64,000 nucleotides of DNA. It comes from a virus. Lineage: Duplodnaviria > Heunggongvirae > Uroviricota > Caudoviricetes. The translations under genes and the position numbers were made by a program. The first letter of the stretch is position 1; the number at the start of each line of letters is the position of its first letter. The stretch lies in IMG/VR virus record IMGVR_UViG_3300012347_000217, positions 110,664-174,663 of that record, one strand, 5' to 3'. Under the pieces are notes generated by a model. That model was given only the letters and a program-made list of their open reading frames with translations, did no database searches and was not told the DNA's origin. Positions 41,357-51,083 of the stretch are shown here, in pieces.

Positions 41357-41899
41357 ATGGCTTTTAATGTAGCAGAGTTCAGAGCAAATCTCGTTGGAGA
41401 TGGTGCTCGTCCAAACCTGTTCCAAGTCACAATGACTTTCCCGACATTTGCCACAGATGGTGTAAGTGCTTCCCAAGCATTGACCTTCTTGGCAAAGACT
41501 GCACAACTACCAGGTTCTACATTGGGCACAGTCCCTTTGTATTACTTTGGTCGTGAGATGAAGCATGTCGGAAACAGGAGCTTCGCAGACTGGTCAATTA
41601 CAATCATCAACGATGAAAACTTCAAAGTTCGTAGAGCTTTTGAATCTTGGATGAACGGTATCAACTCTCATACTACCAATTTGAGAAATGGTGCTGCTGG
41701 TACTCCAACAAGTTATTCAGTTGATGCTAAAGTTGAACAGTTCGACAAGGCTGGTAATGTTATCAAAACATATAAATTTGTTGGTGCATTCCCAGTTGAT
41801 TTGAACCCAATCGACCTCGACTGGAGTTCTAACGATACTATTGAAGAATTCGGCGTCACCTTGGCTTACCAATGGTGGGAGTCAGATTCGACGACCTAA
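41357..41899 (+). CDS. gp19: Tail tube protein
   Basis: GDGARPNLFQV...AQLPGS...GREMK..GNRSF.DWSITIINDENF...IEEFGVTLAYQWW. Confidence 0.95.
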   Translation: MAFNVAEFRANLVGDGARPNLFQVTMTFPTFATDGVSASQALTFLAKTAQLPGSTLGTVPLYYFGREMKHVGNRSFADWSITIINDENFKVRRAFESWMNGINSHTTNLRNGAAGTPTSYSVDAKVEQFDKAGNVIKTYKFVGAFPVDLNPIDLDWSSNDTIEEFGVTLAYQWWESDSTT

Positions 41900-41902
41900 A
41901 TA
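41895..41902 (+). promoter_or_regulatory. Putative late promoter (CCTAAATA) for the portal gene
   Basis: CTAAATA variant overlapping the gp19 stop codon. Confidence 0.5.
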
Positions 41903-41904
41903 TA

Positions 41905-41922
41905 GAGGGACTTCGGTCCCTC
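41905..41922 (+). terminator. C(UUCG)G hairpin after gp19 (terminator or processing/stability element)
   Basis: GAGGGAC-TTCG-GTCCCTC is a perfect 7-bp stem. The T-tract is displaced (ATTATGATTTTTT). Confidence 0.55.
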
Positions 41923-41953
41923 ATTATGATTTTTTGAATACTAGGAACAATCA

Positions 41954-43591
41954 ATGGCTTTATCGCTTTTCGGCTTTCAAATAACTCGTGACAAGGTCGC
42001 AGCACCGTCCGAGAAAACTTTCACCGCTCCATCGAATGAAGATGGGGCTTTAACCATTTCCTCGGCAGCTTACTACGGTACGTATGTCGATTTGGATGGA
42101 ACAGCAAAGAATGAGGTTGAGTTGATTTCACGTTATCGTGAGATGGCTATGCAACCTGAAATTGAATCTGCTATTGACGATATCGTTAATGAAGCAATCG
42201 TTCAGAATGATGATGGTAAATCTATCAGAATCATTATGGATGATTTGAAGCAGCCAGATAAAATCAAAAAAGCAATCGAAGAAGAATTCACTGTTGTTTT
42301 GCGATTACTGAATTATAACAATATGGGCACGGATACATTCCGTAGATTCTATATTGACGGTAGACTTTTCTACCATATCATCATCGACGAGAAGAACCCC
42401 AATGCTGGTATTCAGTCTTTGAGATACATTGACCCACGTAAGATTCGTAAGATTCGTGAAGTCAGTAAAGATAAAGATGCGGCGACAGCAGTTGATGTTG
42501 TCACGACAGTTAATGAATACTACATCTACAACGATAAAGTAGTATCAGGAACATCATCAAATTATGGACCAGTTGGCACACGTATTGCCAAAGACGCAAT
42601 CATCAACGTCAACTCAGGTCTAATGGATTCTCGCCGTGCAGTTGTATTGTCATACTTGCACAAGGCTATCAAACCTCTAAACCAACTACGCATGATTGAA
42701 GATGCAACGGTAATCTACCGTATCTCTCGTGCGCCTGAGCGTAGAATTTTCTACATCGACGTTGGTAATTTACCTAAGCAAAAAGCTGAACAATATCTCC
42801 GTGATATTATGGCTAAGTACAAGAACAAACTTGTATACGATGCAGCAACAGGTGAAGTACGTGATGACCGTAAGTTCTTGTCTATGATGGAAGACTTTTG
42901 GTTACCTCGCCGTGAAGGTGGTAAAGGTACAGAAATCACTACACTTCCAGGTGGACAGAACCTTGGTGAACTTGAAGACGTTAAGTACTTCGAGAAGAAG
43001 CTATACAACGCACTCAACGTACCTATCTCCAGATTGAATCCAGAAAGCTCTGGCTTCTCACTAGGTCGTGTTGGTGAAATTTCACGTGAAGAAGTTAAGT
43101 TCGGCAAGTTCGTAGACCGTCAACGTCAGAAGTTCTCTGAGATTTTTGACCAAGCTCTACGTGTACAGTGTGTACTCAAAGGTATCTGTACTGCTGACGA
43201 ATTCGATGAGTTCAAAGAAACAATCTATTATGATTTCTTGAAAGATAACAATTTTGCAGAACTAAAAGAAGCAGAATTGGTACGTGAGCGTTTGACTCTC
43301 CTTGCATCAGTTGACCCATATGTTGGTCGTTACTATTCGATGCAGTGGATTCAACAGAACGTATTGCGTCTAACAGACGACGAAATCAAAGATATGCAAA
43401 AGCAAATCGACAAAGAACGTGCCGATGGCCTCATTCTTGACCCGATGGAAATTGCACAACAAGCACAACTCGATATGGCAACTGGCGGAGCAGGTGGTGT
43501 TGCAAACGCACCTCCTCCTAACAAGCCAAAGACGGAAAGTGTGAACGAGAGTTATTCCCCTAGTCTGAAAATGATTACTAGGGTGTTATAA
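41954..43591 (+). CDS. gp20: Portal protein
   Basis: ELISRYREMA..PEIESAIDDIVNEA, LRMIEDATVIYRISRAPERRIFYIDVGNLPK, MMEDFWLPRREGGKGTEITTLPGGQNLG. Confidence 0.97.
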   Translation: MALSLFGFQITRDKVAAPSEKTFTAPSNEDGALTISSAAYYGTYVDLDGTAKNEVELISRYREMAMQPEIESAIDDIVNEAIVQNDDGKSIRIIMDDLKQPDKIKKAIEEEFTVVLRLLNYNNMGTDTFRRFYIDGRLFYHIIIDEKNPNAGIQSLRYIDPRKIRKIREVSKDKDAATAVDVVTTVNEYYIYNDKVVSGTSSNYGPVGTRIAKDAIINVNSGLMDSRRAVVLSYLHKAIKPLNQLRMIEDATVIYRISRAPERRIFYIDVGNLPKQKAEQYLRDIMAKYKNKLVYDAATGEVRDDRKFLSMMEDFWLPRREGGKGTEITTLPGGQNLGELEDVKYFEKKLYNALNVPISRLNPESSGFSLGRVGEISREEVKFGKFVDRQRQKFSEIFDQALRVQCVLKGICTADEFDEFKETIYYDFLKDNNFAELKEAELVRERLTLLASVDPYVGRYYSMQWIQQNVLRLTDDEIKDMQKQIDKERADGLILDPMEIAQQAQLDMATGGAGGVANAPPPNKPKTESVNESYSPSLKMITRVL

Positions 43592-43594
43592 ATA
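43587..43594 (+). promoter_or_regulatory. Late promoter (TATAAATA)
   Basis: Perfect T4 late consensus at the portal stop codon. Confidence 0.7.
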
Positions 43595-43605
43595 TTTTAT
43601 GTTAT

Positions 43606-43818
43606 TTGGAGAATACTATGTCTAGAGAAGATATTAACGCAGTTGTAGATAACGCATTGACTGATAATGCAGTCGATATGAAAGATGCTTTCTACAATGC
43701 AATCAACGATAAGATTTTTGCGGCTATTGAGCAACGTAAAATTCAAGTTGCACAGAACATGATTGGTGCCCACGGTCAACAAGCGGCAGATAATGCCGAA
43801 GTAGCAGCCGCAGCATAA
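43606..43818 (+). CDS. Small prohead core protein (gp67-like position)
   Basis: 70-aa acidic helical ORF immediately after the portal gene. Confidence 0.5.
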   Translation: MENTMSREDINAVVDNALTDNAVDMKDAFYNAINDKIFAAIEQRKIQVAQNMIGAHGQQAADNAEVAAAA

Positions 43819-44306
43819 TGAAAAGCCTTAAAGATTTTCTGTCGGAGAAACAGCAATTAGCTGTTGAACAACCTGCGCCGGAAGAACTTTCATTGGTAGC
43901 ATCTACCAAGCCTCTTTTAGAAGGTGTAGCTAGTCATACGATTGAGAGTGACCCACCAACGGTGCTAGTTATGCACAGGAAAGCAATTCGTGAGCTTTCA
44001 GAGGGTCAAAGAGTCGGTGTATATTATGTGGATAAAATCAATAAATACATTACGGTGCCTTTAGATGCACCATCGACTATAGCCGAAGAAACAGCAATTG
44101 ACCGTTTGTTCTTAGCCGTCGAAAAGAAAAAGAATATTATGCTTGAGCATATTGACGGAACTTCATCAGAAGTAACTCCTCAAATGGCAAGAGATATGAT
44201 AGAACTATACAAAAAGATTAACGAGGCAAACAAAGCAAAGATGTTAGATATGCTTGAGTCCTCTGCTAAACATTTTCAAACTATTGCTAAGTTTTCTAAG
44301 GAATAA
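43818..44306 (+). CDS. Prohead core / conserved head-module protein (gp68-like position)
   Basis: DPPTVLVMHRKAIR...GQRVGVYY motif and several L/I-X-E potential gp21 cleavage sites. Confidence 0.5.
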   Translation: MKSLKDFLSEKQQLAVEQPAPEELSLVASTKPLLEGVASHTIESDPPTVLVMHRKAIRELSEGQRVGVYYVDKINKYITVPLDAPSTIAEETAIDRLFLAVEKKKNIMLEHIDGTSSEVTPQMARDMIELYKKINEANKAKMLDMLESSAKHFQTIAKFSKE

Positions 44307-44308
44307 AA

Positions 44309-44830
44309 ATGAGCAACATTTACACATATCAGGTATTGAAGGATACCACAGAACAAACTGTTATTAAGTTAACAGGTAAGTTCGATGGCACCGGTCAAGA
44401 AGCGAACGCAGTAAGAATTCAAGCAAACACACTGGCTGGCGCATTGGATAGTTCTAAGGCTAACCTGTTGTCTTCCACTGCTAACACTGGCGCACTTTCA
44501 TACTACGGTCTTTCATTGATGCGTCTATGGTACGATTGCGCATCAGAAGGTGAAGTCGAGCTATCATGGACAGCAGACACATCGAAGACATTGATGTTGC
44601 TAAACGGCAATGGTGAATACGATGCTACAGGTCAATCTGTAACTATTCCTAATAATGCAGCAGGTACTGCCAACTGTCGTGGTGACGTTGGTGTAACAAC
44701 TCGTGGCATGATTGCAAATAGCAGCTACACTATGGTTATTGAATTGCGTAAAGATAATGCTATGTACCAACGTGGTCAGTTTAATGATCCAGCAGCATTC
44801 AACTACGGCCAATACGGCATGAGACCATAA
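44309..44830 (+). CDS. Conserved head-module hypothetical (likely virion) protein
   Basis: YQVLKDTTEQTVIKLTGKFDG...YTMVIELRKDN..YQRGQFNDPAAFNYG; directly upstream of gp21. Confidence 0.55.
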   Translation: MSNIYTYQVLKDTTEQTVIKLTGKFDGTGQEANAVRIQANTLAGALDSSKANLLSSTANTGALSYYGLSLMRLWYDCASEGEVELSWTADTSKTLMLLNGNGEYDATGQSVTIPNNAAGTANCRGDVGVTTRGMIANSSYTMVIELRKDNAMYQRGQFNDPAAFNYGQYGMRP

Positions 44831-44839
44831 GGATAGCAA

Positions 44840-45484
44840 ATGAAGCTAATTAAAGAAATCACAGAATCGGTGAATTATATCACCGAAGAAAATGATGGTA
44901 AAAAGACTCTCTATATTGAGGGTCCTTTTCTTGTTGCCGAAACAAAGAACAAAAACGGACGTGTATACAAGTACGACACTATGAAAGAAGAAGTGTCCCG
45001 TTACACAACAAATTATATCGAAAAGAGCCGAGCTTTTGGCGAACTAGGTCACCCAGATACTCCATCAATCAACTTGGATCGTGTGTCTCACATGATTGTT
45101 GGTCTAAGAGAAGAAGGTAATCAATGGATCGGTAAAGCAAAGATTCTCGATACACCAATGGGCAACATTGCAAGAAGTCTTATCGAAGGCGGAGCACAAT
45201 TAGGTGTTTCATCACGAGGTATGGGTTCTCTAAAAATGGTCAACGGAGTCAACGTTGTTCAACCCGATTTTTGTCTAGCCACAGCGGCAGACATTGTAGC
45301 AGACCCTTCCGCACCTGGTGCTTTTGTACAAGGTATTATGGAAGGAAAGGAATGGATGTTAGTAGATGGCAGATGGACAGAGATGCACCTAGAACAAGCT
45401 AAGAGTCAAATCATTAAAGCTTCTCGTAAGGATATCGAAGTTGTAAGTTTGCAAATTTTCGAAAACTTCCTGAAAAAACTTTAA
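44840..45484 (+). CDS. gp21: Prohead protease
   Basis: GELGHP, RVSHMI, GVSSRGMGSL and DIVADPSAPGAFV. Confidence 0.96.
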   Translation: MKLIKEITESVNYITEENDGKKTLYIEGPFLVAETKNKNGRVYKYDTMKEEVSRYTTNYIEKSRAFGELGHPDTPSINLDRVSHMIVGLREEGNQWIGKAKILDTPMGNIARSLIEGGAQLGVSSRGMGSLKMVNGVNVVQPDFCLATAADIVADPSAPGAFVQGIMEGKEWMLVDGRWTEMHLEQAKSQIIKASRKDIEVVSLQIFENFLKKL

Positions 45485-45486
45485 AT

Positions 45487-45494
45487 TATAAATA
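45487..45494 (+). promoter_or_regulatory. Late promoter (TATAAATA)
   Basis: Perfect consensus in the gp21-gp22 intergenic region. Confidence 0.8.
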
Positions 45495-45523
45495 CCAACA
45501 TACAAAACCAAGGAGATTTTCAA

Positions 45524-46729
45524 ATGGTTAAGAAGTTCAATTTGTCTGAAGCTGCCGCTGATATTCTAAACAGAAGCGTCACATCAGCACGTAGTGGTCA
45601 AGATAAGCCACAACGCTTAGGTACAGAAGTAGCATACGGCAACAAAGAAGTAGGCGATATCGGTACAGAAGTTACTAAAACAACAGACGCAGGTCCAGAC
45701 GCTACTAAAGGCGTACCAACTGCAACAGCTCCAGGTGCAACACCTCCAGTTGGTTCAGAGCCAGCTAAGAAGTTGACTGGTCAACCAGGACAAACTGCTG
45801 GCGCATCGCAAGGTGATCCAGAAGGTAAGCCAGGAACACAAAAGTTCGCTAAGAACAAAGGTGCTACATTCCAATCATACGGTCAAAAGAACGAAGAACT
45901 CGACTCTGATGACGAAGTAGTTTCGGAAGAAAAAGAAGAAGGCCACGAAGACGCAGCGGCTGACAAGAAAATGATTAAGAAGATGATGAAGAAAGAGTCT
46001 ATCCAAGAAGATATCGACGCTTTGTTGTCTGGCGAAGAATTGTCAGAAGCATTTGTTTCTAAAGCTACAACAATCTTTGAAGCAGCCGTGATGACACGTG
46101 TTGAGTCAATCGTTGAAGAAGTGCAAGAAGAATTGCAAGAACAATTCGAATCAGCACTAGAAGAAGTTAAAGAAGATTTTGCAACAAAAATCGACGACTA
46201 TATGAACTATATGGTTGAACAGTGGATGGAAGAAAACCAATTGGCAATCGACACAGGCCTACGTGCTGAGATTGTTGAAGACTTCATCTCTGGTATGCGT
46301 GATTTGTTCGCAGAACACTACATTGATATCCCAGAAGAAAAAGTGGATATCGTTGAAGAACTAGCAGCTAAAGTTGAAGAACTTGAAGGCAAGCTAAATG
46401 AAGAAATCGGACGTTCAGTTGAGATTTCGAAAGAACTCAAAGAACATAAGAAAAATGAGACTATCGCAGCAGTTTGCGAAGGTCTTACACAGACCCAGGT
46501 AGAAAAACTAAAGACACTCGCAGAGAATGTCCAGTTCACAACCGAGGAAGAATTCAGCGAGAAGCTAGGTCAATTGGTGGAAGCGTATGCTCCAACAACA
46601 GCCAAGGCAGCTGAAAAGTCTGTTCTCGAAGAAGGCGTTGAAGTCGAAGAAATCAAGAGCGGTAAAATCTCTCACGATCCTTTGATTGATGCAGCCGCAA
46701 AGTCAATCTCTAAATCCTTGGTTAAATAA
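45524..46729 (+). CDS. gp22: Prohead core scaffold protein
   Basis: Acidic coiled coil with KATTIFEAAV, IDDYMNYMVEQWMEEN..AI and LFAEHYIDIPEEKVD. Confidence 0.93.
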   Translation: MVKKFNLSEAAADILNRSVTSARSGQDKPQRLGTEVAYGNKEVGDIGTEVTKTTDAGPDATKGVPTATAPGATPPVGSEPAKKLTGQPGQTAGASQGDPEGKPGTQKFAKNKGATFQSYGQKNEELDSDDEVVSEEKEEGHEDAAADKKMIKKMMKKESIQEDIDALLSGEELSEAFVSKATTIFEAAVMTRVESIVEEVQEELQEQFESALEEVKEDFATKIDDYMNYMVEQWMEENQLAIDTGLRAEIVEDFISGMRDLFAEHYIDIPEEKVDIVEELAAKVEELEGKLNEEIGRSVEISKELKEHKKNETIAAVCEGLTQTQVEKLKTLAENVQFTTEEEFSEKLGQLVEAYAPTTAKAAEKSVLEEGVEVEEIKSGKISHDPLIDAAAKSISKSLVK

Positions 46730-46766
46730 ATAACCATACACTTAAAACAAACACAGGAGTAATTAG

Positions 46767-48113
46767 ATGTTTTTATCTGAAGAACTAAAACAAAAGTGGG
46801 CGCCAATCTTGGAGCACCCAGAATTGGAATCTATTGCAGATCCATATAAGAAGGCTGTTACAGCAATGGTATTGGAAAACCAATCCCAAGCTATGGCATC
46901 TGACCGTGCTCAAATGGGCATGTTGAACGAAGCAACTGGTCCATCAATGACCACTGGTGCTGGTGTTCAAAACTTCGACCCAATCTTGATTAGCTTGGTT
47001 CGTCGTGCATTGCCTAACTTGATTGCATATGACGTTGCTGGCGTTCAGCCAATGACAGGCCCAACAGGCTTGATCTTCGCAATGCGTGCCAAGTATGGTC
47101 AAGACAACACAGCGGCTGGTCAAGAAGCTTTCTTCAACGAAGCTAACACCAAGTTCTCTGGTATCGGTTCCGACACTAACCGTTTCGGTTTCGCTAACAA
47201 CACAACTGGTGATACACTGACTAACCCAGTCGGTAGCGGTTTCACAACAGCTAACACATATACAACTGGTATCGGCATGCCTACGGCTACTGCTGAAAAC
47301 CTAGGTTCTGACAACAACGTTGCTTTCGGTCAAATGGCTTTCTCTATCGAGAAGGTTACTGTTACTGCTCAAAGCCGTGCGTTGAAGGCTGAGTACTCAC
47401 TTGAATTGGCTCAAGACTTGAAGGCTATCCATGGTTTGGATGCTGAAACAGAATTGTCAAACATTCTGTCTACAGAAATCTTGGCTGAAATCAACCGTGA
47501 AGTTATCCGTACAATCTACACTGTTGCTAAGAACGGTGCTCAATACGGTACAACAACTGCTGGTACATTCGACTTGGACACAGACTCTAACGGTCGTTGG
47601 TCAGTTGAACGTTTCAAAGGCTTGATTTTCCAAATCGAACGTGATGCAAACGTTATTGCAAAAGAAACTCGTCGTGGCAAGGGTAACGTTCTGATCGTTT
47701 CGTCAGACGTTGCATCAGCTATGGCTATGGCTGGCGTGTTGCAATACACTCCTGCTTTGTCTGCTAACCTACAAGTTGATGACACTGGTAACACCTTCGC
47801 TGGTTTGTTGCACGGTCGTATCAAAGTGTATATCGACCCATACTTCGGTGGCTACACAAGCAACCAAGAATTGGTGACAATCGGTTACAAAGGTACATCA
47901 CCTTATGACGCTGGTTTGTTCTACTGCCCATACGTTCCATTGCAAATGGTTCGTGCTGTTGACCAGTACACATTCCAACCTAAGATTGGCTTTAAGACTC
48001 GTTACGGCATGGTTGCAAACCCATTTGCTGGCGGTACTAACGCTGATGCAGGTCAGTTGTACTCTAAGCGCAACACATACTACCGTATCTTCAAGGTAGC
48101 TAACTTGATGTAA
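46767..48113 (+). CDS. gp23: Major capsid protein
   Basis: FDPILISLVRRA.PNLIAYDVAGVQPMTGPTGLIFAMR, SRALKAEYSLELAQDLKAIHGLDAE, FYCPYVPL and QPKIGFKTRYG. Confidence 0.98.
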   Translation: MFLSEELKQKWAPILEHPELESIADPYKKAVTAMVLENQSQAMASDRAQMGMLNEATGPSMTTGAGVQNFDPILISLVRRALPNLIAYDVAGVQPMTGPTGLIFAMRAKYGQDNTAAGQEAFFNEANTKFSGIGSDTNRFGFANNTTGDTLTNPVGSGFTTANTYTTGIGMPTATAENLGSDNNVAFGQMAFSIEKVTVTAQSRALKAEYSLELAQDLKAIHGLDAETELSNILSTEILAEINREVIRTIYTVAKNGAQYGTTTAGTFDLDTDSNGRWSVERFKGLIFQIERDANVIAKETRRGKGNVLIVSSDVASAMAMAGVLQYTPALSANLQVDDTGNTFAGLLHGRIKVYIDPYFGGYTSNQELVTIGYKGTSPYDAGLFYCPYVPLQMVRAVDQYTFQPKIGFKTRYGMVANPFAGGTNADAGQLYSKRNTYYRIFKVANLM

Positions 48114-48151
48114 TGTCAAGTAAATAGCCACCGTTAAGAGTGGTAATTTAG

Positions 48152-48180
48152 AAGAGGAGCAGAAATGCTCCTCTTTTTTT
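48152..48180 (+). terminator. Rho-independent terminator after gp23
   Basis: AAGAGGAGCA-GAAA-TGCTCCTCTT perfect 10-bp stem with a GNRA loop, then TTTTT. Confidence 0.9.
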
Positions 48181-48183
48181 ATC

Positions 48184-48191
48184 CCTAAATA
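48184..48191 (+). promoter_or_regulatory. Putative late promoter (CCTAAATA)
   Basis: Directly after the terminator and 17 nt before the gp3-like ATG. Confidence 0.65.
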
Positions 48192-48208
48192 GATGGTAGG
48201 AGTCAAGA

Positions 48209-48688
48209 ATGAAACCAGAAAATAGCAATTTTTTACAACCCACGAAATTTGTACTGACGTTCGCAGAATTGCCGGACACAGTATACTTTTGCCAACAAGC
48301 AAATATTCCTGGAGTTAAGCTGGGTGAAGCACTGCAAAGCACACCTAATCTAGACTTGTTCCACTCAGGAACAAAGTTACAATACTCAACGTTTGATATT
48401 ACATTCTTAGTAAATGAAGACTTGGCCGCATGGACCACAATTTACAATTGGATGAAAGAACTATCATCTGTTGAAGCGTCTTATATAGAAAGACGAGCAA
48501 CAAGAAAACAAGCAACTCTGACGGTTATGTCCAATCTAAATAACCCAAAGATGCGTGTCAAATATGTGAATGTTTGGCCAACATCTATTACAGATTTGCA
48601 GTTTGATACTACACTGTCGGCAGATTCGCATATGACAGCATCTGCTACATTCCGTTATGACTATTTTGAAATAGAAAATATAGATTGA
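48209..48688 (+). CDS. gp3: Tail tube terminator / tail completion protein
   Basis: NFLQPTKF...YFCQQANIPG...FLVNEDL..W..IYNWM...WPTSITDLQF...ATFRYDYF. Confidence 0.85.
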   Translation: MKPENSNFLQPTKFVLTFAELPDTVYFCQQANIPGVKLGEALQSTPNLDLFHSGTKLQYSTFDITFLVNEDLAAWTTIYNWMKELSSVEASYIERRATRKQATLTVMSNLNNPKMRVKYVNVWPTSITDLQFDTTLSADSHMTASATFRYDYFEIENID

Positions 48689-48704
48689 TTATAGGACTTA
48701 TATT

Positions 48705-49145
48705 ATGAATACACTTGAAGAAATTATGAAGTTGTGGGATACCGATTCTGTTATTGATTCTACGGAACCAGGCAGAGAGATTCTAAAGATACCAACACTA
48801 CACAACAAATATTTGAAGATTCTTGTGAAGCACCGTTTGGCTGTTAAGCGTATGAACTTTGATTATGCACGTATGCGTAAGATTAAAGAAGAATATTACA
48901 ACGGTTCGCTATCACAGGAAGAACTAGAGGAATACGGCTGGGAACCTTTCTTACTTAATATCAAGACTAGACAAGGCGTGGAGAAGTATATCGAATCCGA
49001 TAAAGACTTAATTAAGTTATTGGAAAAGAAAATATACCACGAAGAAGCCGTTTCCGTTTGTGAATCAATAATGCAAGAGTTAAAGAGTAGAACATACCAA
49101 CTCAAGGATTATATCTCATGGGAACGTTTCATAGGTGGCAACTGA
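48705..49145 (+). CDS. uvsY: Recombination mediator
   Basis: DSVIDSTEPGREILKIPTLHNKY...YIESDKDL...RTYQLKDYISWERF. Confidence 0.9.
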   Translation: MNTLEEIMKLWDTDSVIDSTEPGREILKIPTLHNKYLKILVKHRLAVKRMNFDYARMRKIKEEYYNGSLSQEELEEYGWEPFLLNIKTRQGVEKYIESDKDLIKLLEKKIYHEEAVSVCESIMQELKSRTYQLKDYISWERFIGGN

Positions 49146-50661
49146 TTATAAAATTATTAAGAAAAACGAATCTTATGTGAAGATTATATGTGACAGAAGC
49201 ATGGCTCAGGAGCTATCCGACTTCTTCACATTCTATGTACCAGGATTTCAATTCACACCAGCATTTAGAAATAAAATCTGGGATGGTAAGATACGTCTAT
49301 TCGATTTAAGAACATTCGAATTATATCACGGTCTATTACCATATGTGGAAACATTCTGTAAAGAGCGTTCATATACGATAGAGTACGGAGACCCACGGCC
49401 AGACTTGACCGATGACTATCCAGTATATCACGCAGATAAGTTCATTGAAGAATTAGATATTCATTCACGTGGTAAACCAATTGGTGTACGTGAATATCAA
49501 AAGGCTGCGTTCGTATATTCAATGAGAAACAAGAGAGCGTTGTTGCTTTCGCCTACTGCATCAGGAAAGTCACTTATAATTTACTTGATTATCAGACAAC
49601 TGCTCAAGTATAAATGTGAAAAGGGGCTAATCGTGGTTCCAACAACCTCTCTTGTGGAACAATTATACTCTGATTTTGAAGATTATTCAAGTGCTAATGG
49701 CTGGTCTGCCGAAGAAAATATCCATAAGATATATCAAGGCAAAGAAAAGACTTCTGATATGCCACTGACAATTACTACATGGCAATCAGTGTATCAGCAA
49801 GATGCAAAATACTTTGAAGAATTCGATTTCATTATCGGTGACGAGGCACATCTATTCAAAGCCAACTCACTCACAACCATTCTGAAAAGTGCAATCAATG
49901 CACAGTATAGAATCGGTACAACCGGAACATTAGACGGTACGAAGACACACAAGTTGGTGTTAGAAGGTTTATTTGGTCCTGTAATGCAAGTTACTACGAC
50001 CAAAGAGTTGATGGACAACAAAGAAGTTGCTGATTTCAAAATCAAATGCTTAGTACTAAAGCACGACGATGAAATCTGTAAGCTGATGAAGGGTAAGACT
50101 TATCAGGAAGAAATTGAATACTTGATTTTGAATGAAAATAGAAACAAATTCATTAAGAATCTAACGGTATCAATGAAAGGTAATACACTTTTGTTGTATC
50201 AATATGTTGACAAACACGGCAAAATACTGTATAATATGATATCTAATACCAAGAATCTTGGTGATAGAAAAGTATTCTTTGTATACGGTAAAACGGACAC
50301 TGATACTCGTGAAGAAATTAGGCGGATTACAGAGACTGAATCGGACGCAATTATCGTTGCTTCTTTCGGAACATTCTCTACTGGTATTAATATCAGAAAC
50401 TTACATAATGTTATCTTCGCATCTCCATCCAAATCGAGAGTAAGAAACTTACAATCAATTGGACGTAGTTTGCGTTTAGGTGAAAACAAAACTGAAGCCA
50501 CCCTTTACGATATTGCAGACGATTTACGCTACAAAGACCGTATGAATTTCACTCTACAACATTTTGTGGAGAGGACGAAGATATATAATGAGCAACAGTT
50601 CATTTATAAACTTTATAAGATTGGGTTAAAAAATGGAGCAAATCAAAATACTCAGACTTAA
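49135..50661 (+). CDS. uvsW: RNA-DNA/DNA-DNA helicase
   Basis: SPTASGKS Walker A, DEAH box, GTTGTL and RNLQSIGRSLR. Confidence 0.96.
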   Translation: MATDYKIIKKNESYVKIICDRSMAQELSDFFTFYVPGFQFTPAFRNKIWDGKIRLFDLRTFELYHGLLPYVETFCKERSYTIEYGDPRPDLTDDYPVYHADKFIEELDIHSRGKPIGVREYQKAAFVYSMRNKRALLLSPTASGKSLIIYLIIRQLLKYKCEKGLIVVPTTSLVEQLYSDFEDYSSANGWSAEENIHKIYQGKEKTSDMPLTITTWQSVYQQDAKYFEEFDFIIGDEAHLFKANSLTTILKSAINAQYRIGTTGTLDGTKTHKLVLEGLFGPVMQVTTTKELMDNKEVADFKIKCLVLKHDDEICKLMKGKTYQEEIEYLILNENRNKFIKNLTVSMKGNTLLLYQYVDKHGKILYNMISNTKNLGDRKVFFVYGKTDTDTREEIRRITETESDAIIVASFGTFSTGINIRNLHNVIFASPSKSRVRNLQSIGRSLRLGENKTEATLYDIADDLRYKDRMNFTLQHFVERTKIYNEQQFIYKLYKIGLKNGANQNTQT

Positions 50662-51019
50662 GGACGGGGAAGACCTCATTTCTTATGTCGAAGACTATGG
50701 TACCGGAGAAATTCTTCTCCGTTCTCCAATGATGGTCATTGTAAAGCATGACAACAAATCTGGCAAGCAAACAGTTCTAATGGACCATTGGTTGCCGACT
50801 TACATCATCCTCAAGAATGAAGTTATCCTGAAAACTACAGAAATACTGTGTACCATGGATTCTTCTCCTGCGTTGAACGAATACTACGAGAATGCAATCT
50901 CTGCAATAGAGACATTCAATTCTGATGCTGACGCATCATCTGACGAAGAACTCACGCAAGAGGAAATGACCATGATACTGGAATCTAGTAACTTGGTTGG
51001 TTCCAAATTAATTCATTAA
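50633..51019 (+). CDS. Conserved hypothetical protein (Sm-like fold suspected)
   Basis: IKILRLKDGEDLIS N-terminus; located between uvsW and gp55 as in related T4-like phages. Confidence 0.6.
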   Translation: MEQIKILRLKDGEDLISYVEDYGTGEILLRSPMMVIVKHDNKSGKQTVLMDHWLPTYIILKNEVILKTTEILCTMDSSPALNEYYENAISAIETFNSDADASSDEELTQEEMTMILESSNLVGSKLIH

Positions 51020-51045
51020 ACTTATTTGAAAAGGCTACATACCGG

Positions 51046-51074
51046 ACTATACGCCTTTGTCAAGTAAAAGTCAA
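51046..51074 (-). promoter_or_regulatory. Antisense sigma70-type promoter (TTGACT-17-TATAGT on the minus strand)
   Basis: Plus-strand ACTATA at 51046-51051 and AGTCAA at 51069-51074 are separated by exactly 17 nt. Confidence 0.55.
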
Positions 51075-51083
51075 GACATTATT

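Noticed and set aside
48119-48145. AGTAAATA plus small GCCAC/GTGGT hairpin between the gp23 stop and its terminator as a tiny sRNA
   Set aside because: A transcript from this octamer would start inside the hairpin. It is more simply part of the gp23 3' UTR.
46767-48209. No gp24 vertex gene after gp23, and no gp9-gp12/wac after gp8
   Set aside because: This is normal for non-enteric T4-like phages, so it is not novel.
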